Assembly: GCA_963843575.1 (NCBI GenBank)
Contig: CAWJKZ010000017.1
Location: forward strand, 192,001-256,000
From: an uncultured Acidobacteriota bacterium
GTDB taxonomy: Bacteria; Acidobacteriota; UBA6911
Direction of reading: 5' to 3'
Length of the DNA: 64,000 nt
Part shown: positions 38,496 to 46,385 of the stretch, piece after piece
How positions within the stretch are numbered: position 1 is the stretch's first letter
Layout: the number at the start of each line of letters is the position of its first letter
Notes under the pieces: model-generated
The model's database searches: none
What the model was told of the DNA's origin: nothing
Seen by the model: the letters and a program-made list of their open reading frames with translations, nothing else
Position numbers and translations under genes: made by a program

Positions 38496-39512
38496 CTACG
38501 GCTCTCCTCGAAGAGCCGTAGAACGCGGTAGGGCGCCAAGGGTTTCCCAGGCCCGCCGCACCGCCTCGGCTTCGTCTTCGCACCACATTGCCAAAGGCGA
38601 CTCCCGCGTCCAGGTTTCGTAAAAGCTCTGCAACTTCCCGTAGCTGTTGTCGCTGATGCAGTGAGGGATCCCAAGCAGGAGCGAGAGAATGTGACCGTGC
38701 AGGCGGTTGGTGATCACCACTTCCCCGCTGCTCAGGAAACGACAGGCACGCTCGAGCCGTTTGACGGCCAGGCCGTCATAGATGGAAGAAAGCATCGGGT
38801 GAGTCCAGGAGAGTGCGGTCCGGCTGCATGTCACCGCCGCGGCGAGGCCGAGGTAGCCCCGTTCGGGAAGCGTGGGCCCGTCGAAGAGGTAATCACAAGG
38901 TTCGAGGATTCCTGCAGGTTGCACGGCCCCGGGCGACTCCTTGTCCCTCCGTGAAATCCAGAGCACCGGCCGGACCGACGGCGACCTTTGCAGCGATCCG
39001 ATGCCAAAGCTCATGTCCGGACACAGGAGGGTCGGCACGTGGAACTCGTTGAGCGCAATCTCCAGGCTGCGCCGGTCGCGCACGAGCAGCGTGAAACAGG
39101 GGTGGCGGCCGAATGCCTCTCGGGCACGCTGCAGGCTGGACGTCGAGCAGAAGTGGATCGACTGCGGCAGCTGCACGATCGGACGATCCGGGAATTCCTT
39201 CAGGACCTTCTCCCTGAAGAGCTGATGGCTCTCCCAGAGATCGCCGAGGTTGCCGCCGCCGGTAATCAGGATTGTTCCAGGAACCCGCGCAAGCGCCTCA
39301 CGGGAGTAGGTCGACTGGTCGCAGGCATAGGCAGGTCTGGGATAGCCGAGTTGTGCGCAGATGCGCAGGGCCCCGAGCCAGATTGCCGTGTCCCCGGGGT
39401 TCGCGTATCCCGGCCGGTCGAGCAGGCTGATGCAGGGCGTCCCCGTGAGCAAGGGCCGCAGCGCGGACACCAGAAGACCCTGCAATCTGGCGACGAGGTT
39501 CGCGGTCTCCAT
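38496..39512 (-). CDS. Polysaccharide pyruvyl transferase (EpsI/EpsO-like)
   Basis: NPGD, GGGNLGDLW, PQS, VRD, CPDM and TNRLHGHI motifs. Confidence 0.9.
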   Translation of the reverse strand: METANLVARLQGLLVSALRPLLTGTPCISLLDRPGYANPGDTAIWLGALRICAQLGYPRPAYACDQSTYSREALARVPGTILITGGGNLGDLWESHQLFREKVLKEFPDRPIVQLPQSIHFCSTSSLQRAREAFGRHPCFTLLVRDRRSLEIALNEFHVPTLLCPDMSFGIGSLQRSPSVRPVLWISRRDKESPGAVQPAGILEPCDYLFDGPTLPERGYLGLAAAVTCSRTALSWTHPMLSSIYDGLAVKRLERACRFLSSGEVVITNRLHGHILSLLLGIPHCISDNSYGKLQSFYETWTRESPLAMWCEDEAEAVRRAWETLGALPRSTALRGEP

Positions 39513-39651
39513 CGTGCGTGACTCAGCCAGCAAAAGTCCTCGAGTGGGTCCGGGCTTCAGCCCGGTGGTTCTTCGCGGTCGCCAGGTAGCGCAGACCGGC
39601 ATCTGATCGGGCAGCCGATCGGGGAAACCGTTTCGCGCCGGAAACGAACGG

Positions 39652-40704
39652 CTACATGCTCGATGCAGCTTGCTTCTTCGCTTCGGCGAGAATCCCCTTC
39701 ATGTATTCGGCCGCGAGCTGCGCGTTCTTGTCGACGAACTCGATGCCCACGGTCTGGCCGTTTACCTTGGGCAGGGGATGACACAGTTCGAAGCCGGCAT
39801 ATCCGCGGTAGCCGATCTCGAGGAGGCCCAGCATCTCCGCGAGGCAATGCTCGTCTCCCTTCAGCGCGATCTTGCCGTCGGGCGTCTTGTCGTATTCGCC
39901 GCCGAAGTGCCACAACGACTGCAGCGGGCCGACTTCGACCGTGGCTTTCCGGATGGCCTCGTCGTCCAGCGTATGTTCCAGACGGGCGTCGAAACATACC
40001 TTGAGATGAGGGGACCCCACGTCCTTCACCATGCGTAGGCAGTCCTTGTATCCCTTGATGACCGGAACGTGGTTCTGCAGCGCGAGCGTGACGCCCACCT
40101 CCCCGGCGTAGCGGGCGGCCTCCGCTATCGTCTCGCGGCACCAAGCCCAGGTCTGATCCTCTGAAAACTCCTGGTGGACGTGCTTCCAAGTGGACTGTGC
40201 GATGTCGTAGCGCGAGCCGCCCTCGGGCACCATCGTCACGCCCGGCCAGGCCAGGAACACGCGCATGACCTTCGCCCCGAGGTCTGCCGTCATCCGGATC
40301 AGCTCCCTCGCATAGACCAGCTGGGATTCGCGATGCTCGGGTATGGGGCTGCTGAAGTCGTTATTGCCGGCGACGGCATAAATCTCGATGCCCTGGTCGG
40401 CCGCCATCTTGCGCAGTTGCTGGCAACGACTCTTGGGCATGTCGAGAGGGTTGCCGTGCGGCCTTTTCCCGTCGATCTCGACACCCTGGTAGCCGAACTT
40501 CCTGGCCCGCTGAATCACCTGTTCGACCGTCAGCGCGTCGCCACGGTACCAGACTCCCAGGTAAGTAATGCTGTACAGGCCGACTTTTACGTCCGCCACA
40601 GGCGCGGCGGCACGGATCGTTCCCTGTGCGCCCAGCGCCCCGGCGGTGATTACGGCGGCTCGCGCAAAGTCGCGCCGGCTCATGAGATTTGTTCTCGGTT
40701 GCAT
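39652..40704 (-). CDS. Tat-exported sugar phosphate isomerase/epimerase (xylose isomerase-like TIM barrel)
   Basis: SRRDF twin-arginine signal; GYQGVEI, LALQNH, CFD and GYRG..GFE motifs. Confidence 0.82.
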   Translation of the reverse strand: MQPRTNLMSRRDFARAAVITAGALGAQGTIRAAAPVADVKVGLYSITYLGVWYRGDALTVEQVIQRARKFGYQGVEIDGKRPHGNPLDMPKSRCQQLRKMAADQGIEIYAVAGNNDFSSPIPEHRESQLVYARELIRMTADLGAKVMRVFLAWPGVTMVPEGGSRYDIAQSTWKHVHQEFSEDQTWAWCRETIAEAARYAGEVGVTLALQNHVPVIKGYKDCLRMVKDVGSPHLKVCFDARLEHTLDDEAIRKATVEVGPLQSLWHFGGEYDKTPDGKIALKGDEHCLAEMLGLLEIGYRGYAGFELCHPLPKVNGQTVGIEFVDKNAQLAAEYMKGILAEAKKQAASSM

Positions 40705-40907
40705 ATTCACATTACCCCCATAGTCGGAAATCAGCGTCGAAACAACGGCAGGCCCGCCCGCTGATTCTTCGGCGGTCGCCCGGCAGATGTCAAGAGATCT
40801 GTCGATGCTTCGTTCGATGCTCACCGCGAACTCGACAAATAAAACCCGGGGGGAAATCGTTTTCGCGGTATCTTTGGGCTACAGACCTATGCACGGGGAT
40901 GACGACC

Positions 40908-42410
40908 ATGAAACACTCCGAGACAAACACGCTTTCCCGACGAACCTTCCTGGCAACCGCCGCCGTAGGGGCGCTCCACGGACCCTTCATGATCTGCCGC
41001 GGCGCCGCTCGTGTGGCGAAACCCCTGACCCGTCCCCTGGGACGCACCGGTTACGGGGTCACGACCTTGGGACTGGGCGGGCAGGCCTCGCTGCAGTGGA
41101 CCCCGGTGGGCATCGATCCCGAGCGCATCATCGTAAAGGCCTTCGATCTGGGCGTTACCTACTTCGACACGTCCAACGTCTACGGGCCCAGCCAGGTCAA
41201 CTACGGCAAGGCGTTCCGGGCCCTGCATCTCGTCCCCGGCGTGCCGGGTTATCAAGAGGCGAAGCGCCGCTCGATCGTGCTTGCGAGCAAGACTATGGTG
41301 CGACACGCCAAGGGCTCTCACCCGGAGGTAAGCGACCGCAGCGAGGGGCCGGGCGGCTCCAAAGCGGTCGACGACTTGAAGCGGTCGCTGTCCCAGATGT
41401 TCGGCGACGGGCAGGGGAACTATCCGAAGGGGGCCTACCTGGACATTTTCCAGATCCACAACCTGAACACCCTGGCGGAGGTGGACGCGATCTACGTCGG
41501 GCTCGACAAACCCGACCCAAAAGCCGATCGCATGGGGGCCTTGCTCGCCCTGAGAGATTACCGCGACGGCACCAACGTCAGCGGGTTGAATCCCAAGGAG
41601 GAGAAACTGATCCGGCACATCGGCATCACCGGCCACATCTCCTCGCCCGTAATGATGGAGTGCCTCCAGCGCGACGAGCAGAGCCTGATCGACACGATGC
41701 TTATCGCGATCAACGCGAACGACCGGCTTTATCTCAACCACCAGTACAACGCGATTCCGGTCGCGGCGGCCAGAAACCTGGGCATCATCGCCATGAAGGT
41801 CTTCGCCGACGGAGCGATGTATACAAAGGAGCCGCGCTGGTCGAGAAACCCCCAGGACGTGGTGCTGACGGTCGGGAGCCCCACGCTGCCCAGCAGGGCT
41901 CTGGTCGAATATGCCCTTTCCACCCCGGGAATTTCCACGGCCATCATCGGCATCGGCCGGGTCGACGATCAGGACAAGGAGTGTCAGCTGATCCAAAACA
42001 TGGCTGCCGCTCAGATCGGGCCTTCAGGGCTCGGCGAATCCGACAGGAGGGAGGCGGAGGCCAAGGCCGCGCAGGCAAAAAACGGAAAGACAAACTGGTT
42101 CCAGCTGGCTCCACAACCGCTCGGGGCACCGCGAGAACCGTCCGTCGCGCAACAACGGCGCGGCGATCAGCGCGTGGCGCGGCTGAGCTGGCACACGGCA
42201 TACGCCGCGGAAAACCCGATCCGCCATTATGAGGTCTTGCGCGACGGGCAGAAGATCGGCCAGATCGCTCACAAGCCTCAGACAAGCAAGGCGCCGTTCA
42301 GCTTCGAGGACAAACTGGGGGACCAGGCGGGGCACGGCTACCGGTTGGTTTCTGTCGACAGCGCCGGCAGGAGAGCGGAGACACAGGAATTGAGGATTGC
42401 CGGCGCTTGA
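40908..42410 (+). CDS. Tat-exported aldo/keto reductase with a C-terminal Fn3-like extension
   Basis: SRRTFL signal; LGLGG, YFDTSNVYG, LASK, QIH, IGITGH and IIAMK motifs. Confidence 0.82.
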   Translation: MKHSETNTLSRRTFLATAAVGALHGPFMICRGAARVAKPLTRPLGRTGYGVTTLGLGGQASLQWTPVGIDPERIIVKAFDLGVTYFDTSNVYGPSQVNYGKAFRALHLVPGVPGYQEAKRRSIVLASKTMVRHAKGSHPEVSDRSEGPGGSKAVDDLKRSLSQMFGDGQGNYPKGAYLDIFQIHNLNTLAEVDAIYVGLDKPDPKADRMGALLALRDYRDGTNVSGLNPKEEKLIRHIGITGHISSPVMMECLQRDEQSLIDTMLIAINANDRLYLNHQYNAIPVAAARNLGIIAMKVFADGAMYTKEPRWSRNPQDVVLTVGSPTLPSRALVEYALSTPGISTAIIGIGRVDDQDKECQLIQNMAAAQIGPSGLGESDRREAEAKAAQAKNGKTNWFQLAPQPLGAPREPSVAQQRRGDQRVARLSWHTAYAAENPIRHYEVLRDGQKIGQIAHKPQTSKAPFSFEDKLGDQAGHGYRLVSVDSAGRRAETQELRIAGA

Positions 42411-42450
42411 GGGGGGGCGGAAGCGGCATATCCGAAGAGAGAAGCCTCGG

Positions 42451-42780
42451 TTATTCTTTGCGCTTGGACCCCGGTCTGGTTCTCCCCTTCGTGTTCGGGT
42501 GGCCGTCCCGGTACACGGCTATGTCGGAAGTGCTCACCGGGGCGTGCGCGGGTATGCGTGTTTCGGCCGTCTCGCTGCGCAGGTCTGTCAGGAGCTTCTG
42601 GTAACAGAGGTCCGGCGCTTCCTGATACATCAATTCCCGTCTGAGGAATATCCCGTTATCGATCGTCAGGACCACGATTCGGTCCCCGGTCTCCTTGTCC
42701 CCGATGTGAAACCCGTATTCCCGGTACCTTGACTGGGGTATGACACCGATGTACCGAAGCTGCAACACGAGATTGTTCAT
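42451..42780 (-). CDS. Hypothetical protein (109 aa)
   Basis: Strong RBS GGAAGGAG, protein-like composition, downstream of the RRM gene. Confidence 0.6.
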   Translation of the reverse strand: MNNLVLQLRYIGVIPQSRYREYGFHIGDKETGDRIVVLTIDNGIFLRRELMYQEAPDLCYQKLLTDLRSETAETRIPAHAPVSTSDIAVYRDGHPNTKGRTRPGSKRKE

Positions 42781-42897
42781 GCTGTCTCCTTCCCTGAAAG
42801 ACCCCGTCGGGCGGAGTCAAACCCTGTTTTCGCAAGGTCCCGCGCCAGACCGCGGCGCATTTCAGTCTCCCCGAAGTTAACGAGGGAGTTCGGTGCG

Positions 42898-43266
42898 TCA
42901 GTAGAGTTCCGGCCCCCGGCGCCGCGGGCGATCACGGTCGGCAGAGCCACGACGGCCGGACTTGCCGCCCCGGTTGAAACCGCCGCCGCCACCACCGCCG
43001 CCGAACTCGCGCTTCTTTTGCGGGCGGGCTTCATTGACGGTGAGGGGCCGACCCTCTATCACCTTCCCGTTGAGCTGCTTGATGGCCGATTCCATGTCGG
43101 CCTCCGGCGCTAGTTCCACGAAGGCGAATCCCCTGGAGCGGCCGGTGTCCATGTCGCGCATCACCTTCACGCTCTCGACGGGTATATTGAGACTGGCAAA
43201 AAGCTCGTTCAACTGGGCATCCGCCATGTTGAAGGACAGGTTCCCTACAAACAGCTTGCTCGGCAT
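42898..43266 (-). CDS. RRM (RNP-1) RNA-binding protein with a Gly-rich tail
   Basis: LFVGNL (RNP2), RGFAFVEL (RNP1) and GRPLTVNEAR motifs. Confidence 0.93.
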   Translation of the reverse strand: MPSKLFVGNLSFNMADAQLNELFASLNIPVESVKVMRDMDTGRSRGFAFVELAPEADMESAIKQLNGKVIEGRPLTVNEARPQKKREFGGGGGGGGFNRGGKSGRRGSADRDRPRRRGPELY

Positions 43267-43349
43267 ATTCTCCCTTTGCTGCAGTGATGCGCGCCCTTCA
43301 GAGTTCGGAACGGTGCCGGAGGACTCGCGAATTCAACACCTCTTAAAGC

Positions 43350-43385
43350 AAAAAAGGCTGCTTCCCCACGTCAGGAGTTGCAGCC
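43350..43385 (-). terminator. Terminator-like hairpin inside the predicted 5' leader of the RRM gene
   Basis: The minus strand reads GGCTGC-AA-CTCC-TGACGT-GGGG-AA-GCAGCC-TTTTTT. Confidence 0.5.
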
Positions 43386-43429
43386 GTCGTCAGCTATCGG
43401 TTGTAACAAAAACCTGATCAGACCTACTC

Positions 43430-43458
43430 AGTATATATTATGTGGACCGCACCCACAA
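43430..43458 (-). promoter_or_regulatory. Sigma70 promoter of the RRM gene
   Basis: TTGTGG-N17-TATACT. Confidence 0.55.
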
Positions 43459-43467
43459 GGGCGAGTC

Positions 43468-43560
43468 GGGTCTGGAGGATCTCCGGGAACTTCGGGCCCT
43501 GGAGGTAAATCGCGGGACTTGCCTCCAGGGCTCGGAGGACTCAAAGACTCTCCAAGACCC
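43468..43560. repeat. Long imperfect inverted repeat (arms about 41 bp)
   Basis: Core 43490-43508 pairs with 43519-43537 (16 WC + 3 G-U on the + strand); outer GGGTCT/AGACCC. Confidence 0.7.
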
Positions 43561-43570
43561 AGCCACTGGC

Positions 43571-45232
43571 TCAGTGCGACACCGAGCCCCAGTTGCGGCG
43601 CTCCACGAATGTGGGGGGCTCGTAGGTCCAACCGCGCCGCAGCCGCCGTTCTTCGGACCAGATCCTGAACCTGAGAAATCCGCCCGAGATGGCCGCCAGG
43701 ACCCGCGCCTTGAGTCTAAACTCGGCGTTGATCTCCTGGCGCACCGCGCTGATCTTCTGCGCCAGCACGCGATTCCGGTCGCGAAAGTACCCTTCCATAG
43801 CCCACACGGCACCGCCGAACTTGATTGCGAAATGCCGCGCTTCGCGGCGGAACCTGTCGCGCACCCTCGTTTCGGGATGGTTTTTGTAACGCTTCCAACC
43901 CTGGAACAGGGTCCGGGTCATACGAAGAAGGCTCGGCCCGTTTATCTCGAAATCCCGGCGGAAGGCGCGCAGCAGGAACTCCCCCGACTGCTCCCGCGAA
44001 ATTGCGCGGTGGCGGAAGTTGAAGTGGAACTGGCCGTGGTAATCCGCGAGGTCAACCCCGGGGTCGAGGGTGCCGGCGGCCTTGTGTTCCTCGTACAGCG
44101 GCGTTCCAGGGACCGGGGTGTAGAGCATGAACTGGTGGAAGTCGGTGTCGTGACTGACGGCATAGTCGATCGCCTGGTCGATGTTCTCCGGCGTGTGGTT
44201 CTCCAGGCCGATAATCGTCGACCCGAGCACGCGTATACCGTGTGACTGGAGCTCCTTCACGAGACGCCGCGTCTTGGTGCCGTTCAACTTGGAGTACCGG
44301 CTTTCCTCACCCTCCAGCCCCATCCACAGCCACGACACGCCGAGCCCCACCAGCTCGTCCATGGTGTACTTGCGTAAGGCGTTCGCCGACGAGAACAGGT
44401 AAAGCGACCAAGCCTTGCCATGGCGGCGCATCAGCTCGAGGAGTTGCAGGGCACGCTCGCGGTAGAGCAGGAAATTCTCGTCCATGACAAAAAACGAGTC
44501 TACCTTCAGGCGTTCTTCCATGCTGTTCATGATCTCGAACAGCTCCGCACCGGAGTCGTAGAAGTTGACAAAATTCCCCTTCCCGCCAAACAGGGCGGAG
44601 GTCGAGCAGAAGTTGCACCCCATTGGGCAGCCGACCGAGGGGATCAGCACGGCGGCGACGTCCCCCTGACTCTCCCGCAGCGGCACCCCCATGATGCGGC
44701 CCCCAAAGCCGGAAATGATGTCCGGGTGCACTACGGGACGCGCCGGGTCTTCGCCCAGGTAGCGCCGCATCCAGTTCACGCCCTCGCCCTTCACGATAAA
44801 ATCTGCGTCGATCATCAACTCCAGACCGGGCAGGTTCGCGATGTGCCCGCCGATCACGATCCGGCTGCCCGGGCGGTACTGGCGGATCAACTCGCACATC
44901 TTCTTGACCTTCCCAACGTTCATGACGATGGAGCTGATCCCGATGATGTCGTACTCTTGTTCGCGGATCTCGTCGGAGAAGCGTTCCAGGGTCGGAAAGT
45001 CCAACAACGTGGACGGGGCAGAGATGTTCGACTGGATCATCATCAGTCCCCAGGAACGATGGAACATGCGCAGTGAAAACGGCCCCTGCACACGCGTCAC
45101 CTGGTTGTGATAAAGCTCCATCGGATTCATGCTGCGACTGCCGTATTCGTCGTCCTGCGCGTACGGCCCGAACACGGATGTCAAGAGCACACGCGCCTGC
45201 GTGCCCTTTGGATGCTGCGTTTCGGTAAGCAC
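43571..45232 (-). CDS. B12-binding-domain radical SAM protein
   Basis: IIGISS and IGGH in the cobalamin-binding domain; CPMGCNFC, MDENF and GLE motifs; GTG start after AGGAG. Confidence 0.88.
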   Translation of the reverse strand: MLTETQHPKGTQARVLLTSVFGPYAQDDEYGSRSMNPMELYHNQVTRVQGPFSLRMFHRSWGLMMIQSNISAPSTLLDFPTLERFSDEIREQEYDIIGISSIVMNVGKVKKMCELIRQYRPGSRIVIGGHIANLPGLELMIDADFIVKGEGVNWMRRYLGEDPARPVVHPDIISGFGGRIMGVPLRESQGDVAAVLIPSVGCPMGCNFCSTSALFGGKGNFVNFYDSGAELFEIMNSMEERLKVDSFFVMDENFLLYRERALQLLELMRRHGKAWSLYLFSSANALRKYTMDELVGLGVSWLWMGLEGEESRYSKLNGTKTRRLVKELQSHGIRVLGSTIIGLENHTPENIDQAIDYAVSHDTDFHQFMLYTPVPGTPLYEEHKAAGTLDPGVDLADYHGQFHFNFRHRAISREQSGEFLLRAFRRDFEINGPSLLRMTRTLFQGWKRYKNHPETRVRDRFRREARHFAIKFGGAVWAMEGYFRDRNRVLAQKISAVRQEINAEFRLKARVLAAISGGFLRFRIWSEERRLRRGWTYEPPTFVERRNWGSVSH

Positions 45233-45447
45233 TTCTGCACTCCTGAAAAAACCCACACCGAGGCATAAATTATCCGCCCAGCCCGAGGAGGTGCCGTGTA
45301 AAAGAAATGTAATGGTTGACAGGCATGTCGGCCTGCCCGCCCGAGGGCACACCGATCTACTGCGGAATAGATGGGATCGAGACAGAGCTCAACGAGCAAC
45401 GCGGCCCCGGAGGGCGGGGTCACGACGGCGCCGACGCGGTCGCGCTC

Positions 45448-45924
45448 TCAGTCCCGGCATTCCCCGTGCGCTTGGACGACCTCGACGGTCGTTTCGCCGT
45501 TGGCGTTGACGGTCACGTGAGAAGTCAGGTGAACGAGGAAATTCTCCCCGGACCCCTCGCTCACGAGGTTGAAGGACTGCAGAGCCGTCGACTCGGCCTG
45601 GAGGCCGTCGCCGTTGACGACCACCTCCAGGTTCCGGGTGGCGTGATAGGTGCGGCCCGCATCCGACACTCCTCTGAGCCCCTGTGCGTTGGTCCGAATC
45701 ACCCAGTGCACGCGGTTCCCGTCCGTCGTGATCCGGGTGACGGTGTGGAGTTCACCGCTCAGCCCGACCAACTCCCCCGCGCACGGGTTCCAGATTCCCA
45801 GCGAAATGGTGGTCGTGGCCTGCCTGGCGCCTGCAGAAACGAAGCCCCATGGGCTTGACAACGCGAGCACGAGCGCCGCAGCCGCCCAGCGTGCCGAGCA
45901 CGTTCCGTACGGTAGGATGCGCAT
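45448..45924 (-). CDS. Secreted beta-rich hypothetical protein
   Basis: Signal peptide; NPC near the N-terminus and a terminal EC suggest a disulfide; AGGGG RBS. Confidence 0.6.
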   Translation of the reverse strand: MRILPYGTCSARWAAAALVLALSSPWGFVSAGARQATTTISLGIWNPCAGELVGLSGELHTVTRITTDGNRVHWVIRTNAQGLRGVSDAGRTYHATRNLEVVVNGDGLQAESTALQSFNLVSEGSGENFLVHLTSHVTVNANGETTVEVVQAHGECRD

Positions 45925-46177
45925 TTATGCCGGTCCCCTGTTGAAGACGAATACAAGAGCTTCCGAAACCGCCCGATCCGGTTCGATGTTAACACGACCG
46001 ACGCCCGTGGCAATTCAGAATGCGCCCCGCATCTTAGGGTCTGTCACAGAATAACAGGCCCACTTTAGGCGCGAGCGCCGGGCGGGCAGATGCAAGGCGC
46101 CGCGACGCAGGCGATGTGGTGACATCGTCCAGGAGCGGCAACGCCGCAGATGCCCGCCCGCCGCCGCACTCCGGAGG

Positions 46178-46249
46178 GCTGACGGCTCCGTTAATAGCAA
46201 TCTCCTATCGTTGCTTGGTGTAGGATCTGTTAGCTTGGGAGCCGTCAGC
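46178..46249 (+). other. AT-rich rod-like hairpin (candidate ncRNA or miniature element)
   Basis: Perfect 12-bp GCTGACGGCTCC/GGAGCCGTCAGC, inner GTTAATAG/CTGTTAGC and TCCTA/TAGGA. Confidence 0.45.
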
Positions 46250-46385
46250 AAAATGTGGAATTATTCTTGCACGAGCCCTTAGCCCGCCCACTTGATGGGC
46301 GGGCGGCTAGAAGTCACTATTACGACCGGCATCCGAAAACCCGGAGTGTCCATGTTCCTGGGAAACTTAACAAGGTGAGGCACGC

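Noticed and set aside
29810-40704. DUF1080 + GMC + TIM-barrel as a 3-keto-glycoside degradation operon
   Set aside because: The genes are dispersed over 11 kb in different transcription units and compartments, with no Gfo/Idh/MocA partner.
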